This document shows positions 9,173-23,253 of a stretch of DNA of 46,424 nucleotides, one piece after another (positions within the stretch are counted from its first letter, which is position 1; the number at the start of each line of letters is the position of its first letter). A program made the translations under genes and the position numbers. The DNA lies in NCBI GenBank assembly GCA_046318155.1, contig JBKCUU010000059.1, positions 1 to 46,424 on the forward strand, written 5' to 3'. The notes under the pieces are model-generated. The model searched no databases. It had not been told where the DNA came from and saw only the letters and a program-made list of their open reading frames with translations. Source of the DNA: Bdellovibrio sp. (lineage in GTDB: Bacteria > Bdellovibrionota > Bdellovibrionia > Bdellovibrionales > Bdellovibrionaceae).

Positions 9173-12100
9173 ATGGCGCAGACAATTTTGAATTCTAGAT
9201 TTGAGTCTCTCGTTGCTCGCGAATGGTCGCTCGAGCGCCATCATGTTCGCGTGATCGGAAGCTCATCGACACTGCCTCTTGCTATGGCACTGTCACAATC
9301 GAATACGAAAGAATTCAATGACTTACCCCATCTCGTCGTGTGTGCAAAATCAAGCGATGCTTGGTGCTTCATTCAAAGCCTCCAGTTTTTTGATTCACAG
9401 CGAAACTGCCTTCTTCTTCCGCACTTTGACGTTTCACCTTATTCGGGCCTCTATCCAAAGAACCAAATCTTAGCGGATCGAATGCGGTTTTTGTTCGAAG
9501 CTCAGAAATCAAAACCGGGCTCCCTGTTTGTTGCGCCGGTGGGCTCGTTGCTGCAAAAAACCTTGCCGTTTAATGCTCTTTCGAATCGAACTGTGACACT
9601 TCGCAAGAATTTGGAATTACCTGAAAACATAAGCGATGTCTTGAATGATTGGGGCTACTCAGCGACAGCGATAGTGGAAGACGTCGGACAGTACTCGGTG
9701 CGCGGCGGCATCTTGGATGTCTTCTCGCCGGCGCACGACACCCCACTTCGAATCGAGCTCTTTGGCGAAACTGTTGAGTCCATTCGAAGCTTTTCCGCGA
9801 GCGACCAACGAACGATCAGCGAACTTTCTGAGGCCTTTGTCATTCCTTGCCGTGAAGTCATCTGGCAAGAAGACCATCTCGAGGACCTGATAAAAAAATT
9901 TAAGGCCACCCACCTCGGCCGAAATGTCGATGCCGCCGAAACCGAAGAGGCGCTTTGGGCGCTCACGCGCAAAAACAGATTCGATGGAATCGATTTTTTG
10001 CTGCCTTGCTTTTACTCGGGCCTCGCGAATCCTTTGGATCACTTTTCGTCGTCACTCAATATTTGGCTTGTTGATCCCATCGAAATTTCTCGTCATGCCG
10101 ATCAGATTCAAGAGGAAATGGTCGCAGAATTCCAGACATCGACACGCCAATTGGTTCGGCCCTCACCTGATTCAATGTTTCAAAAATTTGATGAGCTCCC
10201 TTGGCCGGCGGATTCTCGCCTTTGTGAACTCACCTCGATAGACACACAAGAACTTAAGCTCGAGATGCAAAAAGTCTCGGCCCTCGCCTATCCGTCTTCG
10301 CATGTTCTGGAGCTTTCAAATTTATTGGCTTCGCAAGCCCCGGGCAGCGACGGCTGGCTGAGTTCGGTGCGAACGAAGTTCGAAGCTTGGACTGAACAGG
10401 GGTATTCTTTTTTGATTGGCTCACGCTCTCAAAGTCAAAGCGAGCGCCTTCGCCTCTTTCTCGAAAAGATTGATGTCCCTTGCCGAATTAACAAACCCGA
10501 GGACGAAGTTTGGGAGCAAGGACCCGTGGTCATCATACCGAGGCTTTTGCCCGAGAGCCTCCGCTTGCCCGAAGAGAAACTGATCTTTCTTCGTGACGAG
10601 GATTTGCTCGGAAAGAAAACGCGAGCGCGCGAAATCAAAGCAACCGACGAGTTTTCGAAAAAAGCCAAGCGACTCAACTTTGGCGACCTCAAGCCCGGCG
10701 ACTGCGTCGTGCACTTTCAGCACGGGATTGGTGTTTACGAGGGCTTGAAGGTCATGGATATCGGCGGGGCTCAATCCGAATTTATTCAGATTGCCTACAA
10801 AGATAAGGACAAGCTCTACCTGCCGGTTTACCGCGTCGGCCAATTACAAAAATATGCGGGTCATGCGGCCACGGCTTTGCTCGATAAACTGGGAGGTCCC
10901 GGCTGGGAAAAGACAAAAACCAAAGTCAAAGTCGCGATTCGCGATCTGGCGAGTGAGCTTTTGCAACTTTACGCCAAGCGATCTGAACTTCATCGTCCGG
11001 CCTTTAAAATTCATGACGCCGAGTTTGCCTCTTTTGAAGCCGCCTTTCCTTTTGATGAAACCGATGACCAGAACCGCGCGATTGACGACATCGTTAAGGA
11101 CTTAAGATCAACCAAACCAATGGACCGACTGATCTGCGGCGACGTTGGCTTTGGAAAAACGGAGGTCGCAATGCGAGCCGCCTTTTTGGTCGCGCAAACC
11201 AAGAAGCAAGTGGCTGTTATTGCCCCGACAACAGTTTTGAGTTTTCAACACTTAGAGACTTTTAAGAAACGATTTCAAGGTTGGCCCATTGAGATCCGCG
11301 CATTAAACCGTTTCGTCTCGACCGCAGATTCAAAAAAGATTCTACAAGAAGTCAAAGAGGGCAAGGTCGACATCCTCATCGGCACGCACCGCCTCTTGAG
11401 CAATGACGTCGTTTTTAAAGACTTGGGCCTCATGGTCGTCGATGAGGAGCAAAAGTTTGGCGTTGCTCACAAAGAGCGGCTTCGAAAAATGAAGGCCAGT
11501 GTCGATACGATCGCGATGTCGGCAACCCCGATCCCGCGCACGCTGAACATGAGCTTGGTTGGCATTCGTGACCTCTCTCTGATTAACACAGCACCCGTGG
11601 ACCGATTGCCCACGCGGACCTTTATCACCAAGTGGGACGAAGAAACGATTCGCAAATCGATCACCAGTGAAATTTCTCGTGGTGGACAGATCTATTTTAT
11701 CCATAATCGCGTGCAAAGTATTTACGGGCTTGCCGATGAAATCCGGGCGCTTGTTCCTGAAGCTCGGTTGATGATTGGTCACGGGCAAATGGAGGAACAT
11801 GATCTCGAAAAGACGATGATTGCTTTTTTTAATCACGAAATTGATGTGCTCGTCTGTACGGCAATCGTTGAATCCGGGATGGATGTCTCACGTGCCAACA
11901 CGATGTTTATTGATCAGGCCCACATGATGGGACTTTCGCAACTTTATCAGTTGCGGGGACGAGTCGGTCGCTCGAAACAACGTGCTTATTGCTATTTAAT
12001 TCTTCCTCGCGGCAAGCAGATCGACAGGCAAGCGCAGGAACGCCTCAAGGTTATTCAAGAAAACACCGCGCTGGGTTCAGGAATTCGTATCGCGCAGTAT

Positions 12101-12673
12101 GACCTTGAGCTTCGCGGGGCGGGTAATCTTTTAGGTGAAGATCAGTCCGGGCACATCAACTCGGTCGGTTACGAACTCTATATGGATCTGCTGAACGAAA
12201 CCGTCGCGTCGATGCGCGGTGAAGTCGTTGATGATGCTCATCTTGAGCCCGAGATTAACTTGCGCATTCCTGCGATGATTCCCGATACTTATATCCCCGA
12301 TATTCGCATGCGTTTGTCCTACTATAAAGCTCTGGCAGACCTTCGTGCGCCCGATGAGCTCGAACAAATTGAGCGAGAGCTCAAAGATCAGTTTGGCGAA
12401 ATCCCCGAACCCGCTTTGAATTTGATGGGACTGATGCTCATCCGCGCGCAGTGTAAAGAGTTGGGCGTTCGAGATCTTTCGGCCGGACTTAAAAATGTCT
12501 CACTCGTCTTTACCGAAAAAACAAAGATGCGGCCCGATACCGTGATTGCCCTGGCGACGCGAGAAAACAAAAAATATGCGATCACGCCAGACAACCGGCT
12601 CAACATTCGAATGAACACGATGAATTGGCCCGCCGTTTACGACGAGCTCACCCAGCTCTTAAAACATATTTAG
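9173..12673 (+). CDS. mfd: Transcription-repair coupling factor
   Basis: UvrB-like N-terminus (VRGGILDVF), RID (VVHFQHGIGVYEG), GDVGFGKTEVA, DEEQKFG, SATPIPRTL and QLRGRVGRS. Confidence 0.97.
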   Translation: MAQTILNSRFESLVAREWSLERHHVRVIGSSSTLPLAMALSQSNTKEFNDLPHLVVCAKSSDAWCFIQSLQFFDSQRNCLLLPHFDVSPYSGLYPKNQILADRMRFLFEAQKSKPGSLFVAPVGSLLQKTLPFNALSNRTVTLRKNLELPENISDVLNDWGYSATAIVEDVGQYSVRGGILDVFSPAHDTPLRIELFGETVESIRSFSASDQRTISELSEAFVIPCREVIWQEDHLEDLIKKFKATHLGRNVDAAETEEALWALTRKNRFDGIDFLLPCFYSGLANPLDHFSSSLNIWLVDPIEISRHADQIQEEMVAEFQTSTRQLVRPSPDSMFQKFDELPWPADSRLCELTSIDTQELKLEMQKVSALAYPSSHVLELSNLLASQAPGSDGWLSSVRTKFEAWTEQGYSFLIGSRSQSQSERLRLFLEKIDVPCRINKPEDEVWEQGPVVIIPRLLPESLRLPEEKLIFLRDEDLLGKKTRAREIKATDEFSKKAKRLNFGDLKPGDCVVHFQHGIGVYEGLKVMDIGGAQSEFIQIAYKDKDKLYLPVYRVGQLQKYAGHAATALLDKLGGPGWEKTKTKVKVAIRDLASELLQLYAKRSELHRPAFKIHDAEFASFEAAFPFDETDDQNRAIDDIVKDLRSTKPMDRLICGDVGFGKTEVAMRAAFLVAQTKKQVAVIAPTTVLSFQHLETFKKRFQGWPIEIRALNRFVSTADSKKILQEVKEGKVDILIGTHRLLSNDVVFKDLGLMVVDEEQKFGVAHKERLRKMKASVDTIAMSATPIPRTLNMSLVGIRDLSLINTAPVDRLPTRTFITKWDEETIRKSITSEISRGGQIYFIHNRVQSIYGLADEIRALVPEARLMIGHGQMEEHDLEKTMIAFFNHEIDVLVCTAIVESGMDVSRANTMFIDQAHMMGLSQLYQLRGRVGRSKQRAYCYLILPRGKQIDRQAQERLKVIQENTALGSGIRIAQYDLELRGAGNLLGEDQSGHINSVGYELYMDLLNETVASMRGEVVDDAHLEPEINLRIPAMIPDTYIPDIRMRLSYYKALADLRAPDELEQIERELKDQFGEIPEPALNLMGLMLIRAQCKELGVRDLSAGLKNVSLVFTEKTKMRPDTVIALATRENKKYAITPDNRLNIRMNTMNWPAVYDELTQLLKHI

Positions 12674-12681
12674 ATTTTGAG

Positions 12682-13410
12682 TTAGAACTCGAGCTTGACG
12701 CCTGCGCCCCAGGTCATGGCCGTGGCCAAGTCTGGCTTCTTGCTCGCCTGGGATTGAGTCATAAAGAGATCGATGTAAGCATTGTCCAAACCCGAATCGT
12801 ACAAGGCCCTAAGGGCGGCCGCCTCATCCAGCCAGTTCAACTGAAGGAGGGTACCGGTTGTCCAGCCAATCAAGGCGCCCGATGTTCCGCTTTGCGAGAC
12901 ATTCCCGCCAGATTCTTGATAGTCGATTTGGTACACATCAAGTTGGGCGTAAGGAACAACGTAGGGTTCACTGAAAATCATATCCAGCCAGAGTCCGAAG
13001 TGACCGCCCATTTTCGTGAGGCTTAATGTCGTGGGTCCGCCACTGCGTGAATCCGAGATCGAGCCCGTTTGGTAAGACCCTTCAGCCGTCAACGAACCAA
13101 AGCTCAAGTTGTATTTTACGCCGCCCTGGAGTCCAAACATGTTAATGGTGTTCTCGCCAAAGAGGTCTTTGTAGGACGAGAGGTCAAAGTCAGATTGATA
13201 CCCAGAGGGATTGTAGTTCTCAAAGCGAAAGCCAAACGTGCGTCCCCAGTCATCACGCCGCTCTTTATAGGGAAGCATCACATCGGGACCATACTCAATT
13301 TCTACCAATGGAATATCACCCGCATTCGGATCCGGAAGATCCTTTTGAATCGCTTGGCAAAGCAAGGGAGCAAAAACAAAAAATGCGATCAGCCGGAGGT
13401 CTAATTTCAG
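12682..13410 (-). CDS. Hypothetical outer-membrane beta-barrel protein (start uncertain)
   Basis: Signal-like LRLIAFFVFAPLLCQA, alternating beta-strand pattern and C-terminal WGAGVKLEF beta-signal. The nearest plausible start is CTG 13410; upstream ATGs (13491, 13527) overlap the divergent GH3 gene. Confidence 0.65.
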   Translation of the reverse strand: MKLDLRLIAFFVFAPLLCQAIQKDLPDPNAGDIPLVEIEYGPDVMLPYKERRDDWGRTFGFRFENYNPSGYQSDFDLSSYKDLFGENTINMFGLQGGVKYNLSFGSLTAEGSYQTGSISDSRSGGPTTLSLTKMGGHFGLWLDMIFSEPYVVPYAQLDVYQIDYQESGGNVSQSGTSGALIGWTTGTLLQLNWLDEAAALRALYDSGLDNAYIDLFMTQSQASKKPDLATAMTWGAGVKLEF

Positions 13411-13456
13411 TCGGGGCCCCGTAGTTCTTTCAAGTTGCTTCAGCGATGCTGTCTCT

Positions 13457-15013
13457 ATGTCTAAGACTAGCAGAAGACTTCGTCCTCTCATGAGTGCCGC
13501 GTGCGCCACCGCGTCTTTTCTAGCCATTCAGGCAGCTGCAGCCGGACCTTCGGCTGACGAAATTGGCGAACTCCTGATCGTGGGCATTCATGGGCCGACG
13601 TTGGATCAAAAAATGGAAGAACATTTGGTTCGAGTTTGCCCCGGATCAATTTTACTCTTTAGACGAAACTTGGTTTCAAATCAGCAGACGTTGGCTCTTG
13701 TTCGCAAGCTCCGTGAGCTTCATCAGAGGTGCTCGCGACATCCCTTATTCTTAGGTGTCGATCAAGAAGGCGGCGTCGTGAGTCGAATCCCCTTTGATCC
13801 TCCACTTCCCAGCGCTTGGGCGATGGGCCAAACTCAAGACCCTCAGATTGTCGAGGCTCTGGGGCGAGAAGTGGGACACTCACTCAGAAAATTAGGATTC
13901 AATATGAACCTTGCGCCCGTGCTTGACTTGGGAGCGCGAGATCGAAAAAGCTTTATCGGATCCAGGTCCTTTGGAGACGACGCCGAGAACGTAGCCAGAA
14001 TGGGCACAGCCTACTCCATGGGTTTAATTAAAGCGCAGGTTCTTCCGGTTGCAAAACACTACCCTGGCTTGGGTCCTGGCGCGAGCGATCCCCACCTGGT
14101 CGTCGTGCGAAGATCCATTGCGCAAAACGCGCTGTTAAAAAATGATCTGTCCCCCTTTCGTGTATTCGCCGGGCTCTTTCCCACAGCCGTCATGCCTTCG
14201 CACTTGGTCTATCCTGCTGCGTCCAGCGAGGGCACCCCGGGAACGTACTCGAGCGTGTTGCTCAAAAATTGGCTGCGTGACGGAATGGGCTACCGCGGGC
14301 TTGTGGTGTCCGATGATCTTCAAATGAAAGGCGCCCAAAACAGCAAATCAATTTCAAAAAATGTGATTTCGTCTTTGAATGCGGGGGTCGATATTGCGAT
14401 GATCTCTTGGTCTTCTCGCGATCAATTGCAAGCCTCCATCGCGATTCGTGAAGCCCTAAAAAAGGGTCTGATCTCTCAGCAAAACTTTTACGAAAAGGTC
14501 GAGCGGATCCGCAAAACCAAACGCATCATTGGTCAAGCTCCGTTAGGATTTTCCCACCGGCAAAATGATCTGCTTGTTCAGGGAAGCAGCCGCTACACAG
14601 GGCTGTCGACTGAAGTTCTTAAAAAAAATCTAGCTCGCCTTCCATCGTTGCCGAAGAGGGTCAGTCCCGATCGTATTTTTGTTTGGCCGGTGGATTCAAG
14701 GGCCAGGTGGCAGATTGAGCGTACCCTGCAAAGGCCGGTGTACTCGGCAGATTCAATAGAGTTTAGGAAAATTCGAAAGAATGATTTGATTCTGGCCTTC
14801 GTCCGGTCGAAAAGGTCGGCCAGAAGCTTGCTCGCTTGGCGAAAGTCACTTCGAAACCAAACCCTTGTTATCAATCAAGTTGAGCCCGGCGTTTTAGGCT
14901 CTGCGAGATTCTTTCATGAGTGGCCGGTTTTTATGCATCACCCGATGCTGGCACCGGAAGTAGCAAAAAGGCTCCACCAACGATGGAGCCCGACGCTCGT
15001 TTCAAATCAATAA
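13457..15013 (+). CDS. nagZ: Glycoside hydrolase family 3, NagZ-like beta-N-acetylhexosaminidase with N-terminal signal peptide
   Basis: GVDQEGGVVSR, NLAPVLD, RSFGDD, KHYPGLG..DPH (KHFPGHG..DSH equivalent) and nucleophile SDDLQM; divergent C-terminal domain. Confidence 0.85.
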   Translation: MSKTSRRLRPLMSAACATASFLAIQAAAAGPSADEIGELLIVGIHGPTLDQKMEEHLVRVCPGSILLFRRNLVSNQQTLALVRKLRELHQRCSRHPLFLGVDQEGGVVSRIPFDPPLPSAWAMGQTQDPQIVEALGREVGHSLRKLGFNMNLAPVLDLGARDRKSFIGSRSFGDDAENVARMGTAYSMGLIKAQVLPVAKHYPGLGPGASDPHLVVVRRSIAQNALLKNDLSPFRVFAGLFPTAVMPSHLVYPAASSEGTPGTYSSVLLKNWLRDGMGYRGLVVSDDLQMKGAQNSKSISKNVISSLNAGVDIAMISWSSRDQLQASIAIREALKKGLISQQNFYEKVERIRKTKRIIGQAPLGFSHRQNDLLVQGSSRYTGLSTEVLKKNLARLPSLPKRVSPDRIFVWPVDSRARWQIERTLQRPVYSADSIEFRKIRKNDLILAFVRSKRSARSLLAWRKSLRNQTLVINQVEPGVLGSARFFHEWPVFMHHPMLAPEVAKRLHQRWSPTLVSNQ

Positions 15014-15025
15014 ATGCATATGAGA

Positions 15026-15433
15026 CTATCTTCGGCCTTGGGCCAATTCAATTTCGGCGTGTAAGCGGGCGACGTCTTTCTGCAACTTTTCCCACTGAAC
15101 ATCATCCAAAGTTTCGGTCATCATGCGAGTTTCATTATTTTTGAGCTGCTCTTGATCGTCTTTGAGATCGACTTCATTGGCGCGTACAGCTTTTTCGGCC
15201 AAGACTGAAACGCCTTCGGCTGAAACCTGGCAGTATCCCCAGCTAATCGCGAGCTTATCGGCTTGTCCGTTTTTAAGGCGGTAAGTCAAAACTCCAGGCT
15301 CTAGCGTCGTCATGAGTGGTGCGTGTCCAAGCAAAATGTTGAGCTCTCCCGAATGGGCAGGAAGAGTGATCTCTTCTAGCTCTTGATCGACCACAAGCCT
15401 CTTTTCGGGAGTGACCAAGTTCAGTTTAAACAT
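15026..15433 (-). CDS. atpC: ATP synthase F1 epsilon subunit
   Basis: LVTPEK and GELNILLGHAPLMTTL; follows atpD. Confidence 0.95.
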   Translation of the reverse strand: MFKLNLVTPEKRLVVDQELEEITLPAHSGELNILLGHAPLMTTLEPGVLTYRLKNGQADKLAISWGYCQVSAEGVSVLAEKAVRANEVDLKDDQEQLKNNETRMMTETLDDVQWEKLQKDVARLHAEIELAQGRR

Positions 15434-15436
15434 GGC

Positions 15437-17751
<2,315 letters not shown>

Positions 17752-17760
17752 CCCAAACTC

Positions 17761-19813
<2,053 letters not shown>

Positions 19814-19817
<4 letters not shown>

Positions 19818-20431
19818 TGTTGTACCGTCCCGATGTTCTGAATGAAATCAACCTGAAGCCGCTTGTGGTCTTCAATTGAAACTTTTTGTTCAATCGTCTC
19901 TTTAGCAAGACGTGTTGCTTCGCGGATCGTGTGGTCACGAAGCTCCCTGCGCGCGCGCTGGATTTCGATTTGCGCGGAACGCGAAGCTTCTTCTTGAATT
20001 TTTTTAACTTGACCTTGCGCTTCTTGGATCATGAGCTTTCGCATGTCGACGGCCTCAGCCTTAGCACGTGAAATCGCATCGTCAGCTGTTGATTCAAGCT
20101 TGATCAGTTGGTTTTTGATTTCGTCATGTTCGCGCTGGGCTTGTCGCTTTGCTGCTTGTGCTTTTTCAGCTGTCGCCAAGAAAGCCGCTCTCTTTTCTTT
20201 AAAATAAGACTGAACTGTGTTTTTAAGGAAGTAAACCATCGCCGCCAGCATGATGCCGACATTGATGGCCTGAAAAATAATGGTCTTGGTGGTTTTTTCG
20301 TCGAGCCCGTGACCGCCACCACTGCCGGCCGCCAAAACTATCGAAGGTGCTAAGATGAGGCAAGCCGCCGGCCAGCACTGGGATAAAAGTTTAATCCAAA
20401 GCTTAATGCACGAGTTCATCCACGAGCTCAT
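19814..20431 (-). CDS. atpF: ATP synthase Fo subunit b, with signal-peptide-like N-terminal extension
   Basis: QAIN..TM segment followed by a long coiled coil; lies between b' and delta. Confidence 0.88.
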
Positions 20432-20439
20432 CTCAAATC

Positions 20440-20880
20440 CTACGCTTTCTTTGAAAGAAGCTTGGCCACCATTGCTTGTGCGATTTGGGGCGTTTCTTCT
20501 TTCATCTTCTTTGAAGCATCTGCCAAGTCGGTCGAAATTCGGTGGCGCGTTTCATCAATCAACCTTGTCGTCTCATGGCGCGATTTTGACACGATCACTT
20601 CGTGTTCACGAGTGGCTTCACTGCGCTGAGAATCAAAAATCGACTTAATCTGTGTCGAAATCTCGCGGGCCCTTTTTTCATAAAAGAGGCGAATTTCGCC
20701 CGCTTGTTTCGCGATTTCAACGGCCGCTTCTTCGCCGCCTTTCGTGCGTTTTTCACGCTCGAGCAAGGCATCCGTGTAGGGCTTGTAGACAAGAGTTGAG
20801 AGCGCAAAAAAGGCAAATGTCGCAATAACGAATTGAAACAGAACGGTGCTATTAATTCCAAGAGCGTGAAGAACTTCCAT
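20440..20880 (-). CDS. atpF2: ATP synthase Fo subunit b'
   Basis: LGINSTVLFQF..LVYKPY...REKRT plus coiled coil; first gene of the F1-side operon. Confidence 0.85.
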   Translation of the reverse strand: MEVLHALGINSTVLFQFVIATFAFFALSTLVYKPYTDALLEREKRTKGGEEAAVEIAKQAGEIRLFYEKRAREISTQIKSIFDSQRSEATREHEVIVSKSRHETTRLIDETRHRISTDLADASKKMKEETPQIAQAMVAKLLSKKA

Positions 20881-21021
20881 TTGATTGAAATCCTTTCGAA
20901 GTCATCCGGCCACCTGTTGGGTAGCATTCGCGCGCATTTAACGCGACTTTTAAGTTCTTGTGAAGAGCGTTCGGAGTTAGCACCGCTCCGAAAACACGGT
21001 CAAGGAGTTTAGCGGACGCGC

Positions 21022-21384
21022 CTAGGTTTTAGGCATATAGGAAGCCCCCTCAAAAACGACGCCTTCGTCGATGCGAAGACTCGGGGAGGTAACGGTGCCA
21101 CGAAAAACAGCGGGTGGGTGCATTATGACGCGGCGGCGAGCAAACAAGTTGCCCTCCACTCGACCGCAAATCACGATGGTATCGGCTTCTATGTCGGCCT
21201 GAACAATGGCGCCCTCGTTGATGACAAGAGCGTCCTTCGTAAAGATTTCGCCTTTAAATTCACCACCGATGCGCACGGTGCCCTCAAAGGTGAGTCGACC
21301 CTCAAAGCGGGCCCCCTGGTCCAAAAGGGCCGTCACATGTTCGCTGCTTACCTGGTGGTTGAGAAGTTCTAAAGCTTCCGGCAT
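21022..21384 (-). CDS. Bactofilin (polymer-forming cytoskeletal protein)
   Basis: Beta-helix repeats (FEGRLTFEGTVRIGGEFKGEI...LRIDEGVVFEG); overlaps the parB end by 16 nt. Confidence 0.92.
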   Translation of the reverse strand: MPEALELLNHQVSSEHVTALLDQGARFEGRLTFEGTVRIGGEFKGEIFTKDALVINEGAIVQADIEADTIVICGRVEGNLFARRRVIMHPPAVFRGTVTSPSLRIDEGVVFEGASYMPKT

Positions 21385-22328
21385 CCTTCACGCATCCTAT
21401 CAATCAACTGCGACAATTCGTCGTCGGAGTAAAAGTGTATCAAGATCTTACCCTTTGAGTTCTGGTAATCAATGTTCACTTTGGTTCCCAAGAGTTTTTG
21501 CAGCTCATCCGATAAGCCCGAAATTAGACGCTCGGTGACATTTGTGTCCAAGCCTGGCGTCGCCTTTTTTTGAGGTGCAAGAGTTTCCTGTACCGCTTTT
21601 TCAAGCTTTCGAACCGTGAGGCTTTCGGCTACCGCTTTCTTCGCCCATTTTGACATGTCGGAGGCATTGGTCATCGAAAGCAAAACCTTGGCGTGGCCCA
21701 CGGAGATTTCTTGGCGATTGAGCATTTCGCGAACGACTTCAGGAAGCTGCAAAAGGCGGATCGAATTAGCGACCGTCGCCCGGTCTTTTCCGACTTTTTC
21801 AGCAACTTGTTGTTGGGTCAGGTTAAACTCCTGCGCCAAGCGTTGGTAAGCATCAGCCTCCTCGAGGGGATTGAGGTCTTCACGTTGAATGTTTTCGACA
21901 AGCGCCATTTCAAGCGTCTCGCGATCACCCAAAGTTTTGAGAATAACGGGAACGTCATGCAGGCCGGCAAGCTGAGCCGCTCGCCAACGGCGCTCGCCCG
22001 CAATAATTTCAAACGAGCCATTGGTCAGCTTGCGAGCCACAATGGGCTGCAAAATTCCGCTAACTCGAATTGATTGGGCCAACTCCTGAAGTTTGTCTTT
22101 TTCAAAAACGCCTCGGGGCTGGTAGGCCGAAGGGCGAAGCTTATCGACCGCCACTTGCCAGATTCGAGCTTCCGGAGAAACCTGAGGACCCGCCGCACGC
22201 TCAGCTGGATCAGGAGTTGGCGGGCGCTCAAGAGCCTGATTTGCCTGCGTGGGGCTGCCCAGTAGGGATCCTAGCCCGCGCCCGAGTGATTTCTTTTTGT
22301 TTGATGAATCGTTAGATAATTCAGACAT
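21369..22328 (-). CDS. parB: Chromosome partitioning protein ParB
   Basis: LGRGL ParA-stimulating peptide, GERRWRA CTPase box, ENIQREDLNPLEEA and HTH. Confidence 0.97.
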   Translation of the reverse strand: MSELSNDSSNKKKSLGRGLGSLLGSPTQANQALERPPTPDPAERAAGPQVSPEARIWQVAVDKLRPSAYQPRGVFEKDKLQELAQSIRVSGILQPIVARKLTNGSFEIIAGERRWRAAQLAGLHDVPVILKTLGDRETLEMALVENIQREDLNPLEEADAYQRLAQEFNLTQQQVAEKVGKDRATVANSIRLLQLPEVVREMLNRQEISVGHAKVLLSMTNASDMSKWAKKAVAESLTVRKLEKAVQETLAPQKKATPGLDTNVTERLISGLSDELQKLLGTKVNIDYQNSKGKILIHFYSDDELSQLIDRMREGCRKL

Positions 22329-23136
22329 TTAAATCTCCCTCATAGGCTGGTCTAGTTTTAGTTTTCGTGCCATTTGTGCGCTGTTCAAGTTCTTGAGCAA
22401 CCTCAAGATACTTAATCGCACCGATGGATTTTGAGTCGTATTCAAAAATCGATTGACCGTGGCTTGGGGCCTCCGACAAGCGCACGTTCCTTGGAACAAT
22501 TGCCTGAAAAACTTTGTCTCCGAAGTGATTCTTAATCTCGCTCACCACCTGATGACTCAGGTTGTTTCGAGTATCAAACATAGTCAAAACGATGCCTTCA
22601 ATATGTAGTTGGGGATTCAGATTTTTCTTGATAAGCCCTGCCGTGTTCAATAGCTGGCTTAGGCCTTCCAGAGCATAATACTCACATTGAAGCGGAACCA
22701 AAAAACTATCGGCCGCAGTCAAAGCATTCAAGGTGAGTAGCCCCAGCGATGGTGGACAGTCGATAAGTATGTAGTCAAACTGGTCAGCCACCGTCGCTAC
22801 AGCTGTTTTTAGGCGGTATTCACGGTTAGGCATTTCAACCAACTCGATTTCAGCCCCGACAAGATCAGGATTTGCGGTTGCGATTTTGAGGTTTTCAAAT
22901 CGTGTTGGCTGAATCACCTCTAAGAGTGGTCTTTCGCCGATGAGGACATGGTAAATATTTGAATCTTGGTGCTCATAGCGTTTAACGCCTAAACCACTGG
23001 AGGCATTTCCTTGGGGGTCCATATCTAAAATAAGCACTCGCTTGCCAAGAGTCGCCAGTGCTGCCGATAAGTTGACAGACGTGGTTGTTTTTCCAACGCC
23101 GCCCTTTTGATTTGCGATACAAATTGTTTTTGCCAT
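22321..23136 (-). CDS. parA: Chromosome partitioning ATPase ParA/Soj
   Basis: KGGVGKTT, DMDPQGNAS, DCPPSLG and RNVRLSEAPSHG. Confidence 0.97.
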   Translation of the reverse strand: MAKTICIANQKGGVGKTTTSVNLSAALATLGKRVLILDMDPQGNASSGLGVKRYEHQDSNIYHVLIGERPLLEVIQPTRFENLKIATANPDLVGAEIELVEMPNREYRLKTAVATVADQFDYILIDCPPSLGLLTLNALTAADSFLVPLQCEYYALEGLSQLLNTAGLIKKNLNPQLHIEGIVLTMFDTRNNLSHQVVSEIKNHFGDKVFQAIVPRNVRLSEAPSHGQSIFEYDSKSIGAIKYLEVAQELEQRTNGTKTKTRPAYEGDLNV

Positions 23137-23233
23137 TCATCCTCCAGGCGAGAGCACAGATTCCGTTCTGCAACCTCTGAGTAAAGTTGATGGAGATTGG
23201 CTTTCAATTCAAGAGTTTTCGGGTTTTATCCGA

Positions 23234-23249
23234 TGTTCCACGTGGAACA
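23234..23249. promoter_or_regulatory. parS: parS centromere-like site 1
   Basis: TGTTCCACGTGGAACA, a perfect 16-bp palindrome (18 bp with flanking A/T) matching the bacterial parS consensus; ~100 bp upstream of parA. Confidence 0.93.
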
Positions 23250-23253
23250 TTTG

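Noticed and set aside
9010..9174. N-terminal extension of the NuoA ORF and apparent nuoA/mfd overlap
   Set aside because: GTG 9009 has a GGGAGG RBS and gives a normal-length NuoA; the upstream DNA is the divergent promoter region.
23180..23207. Putative sigma70 promoters (TTGAAA-N16-TTTACT for parA; TTGACC elements before rpmH and atpF')
   Set aside because: The -10 matches are too weak to call without TSS data.
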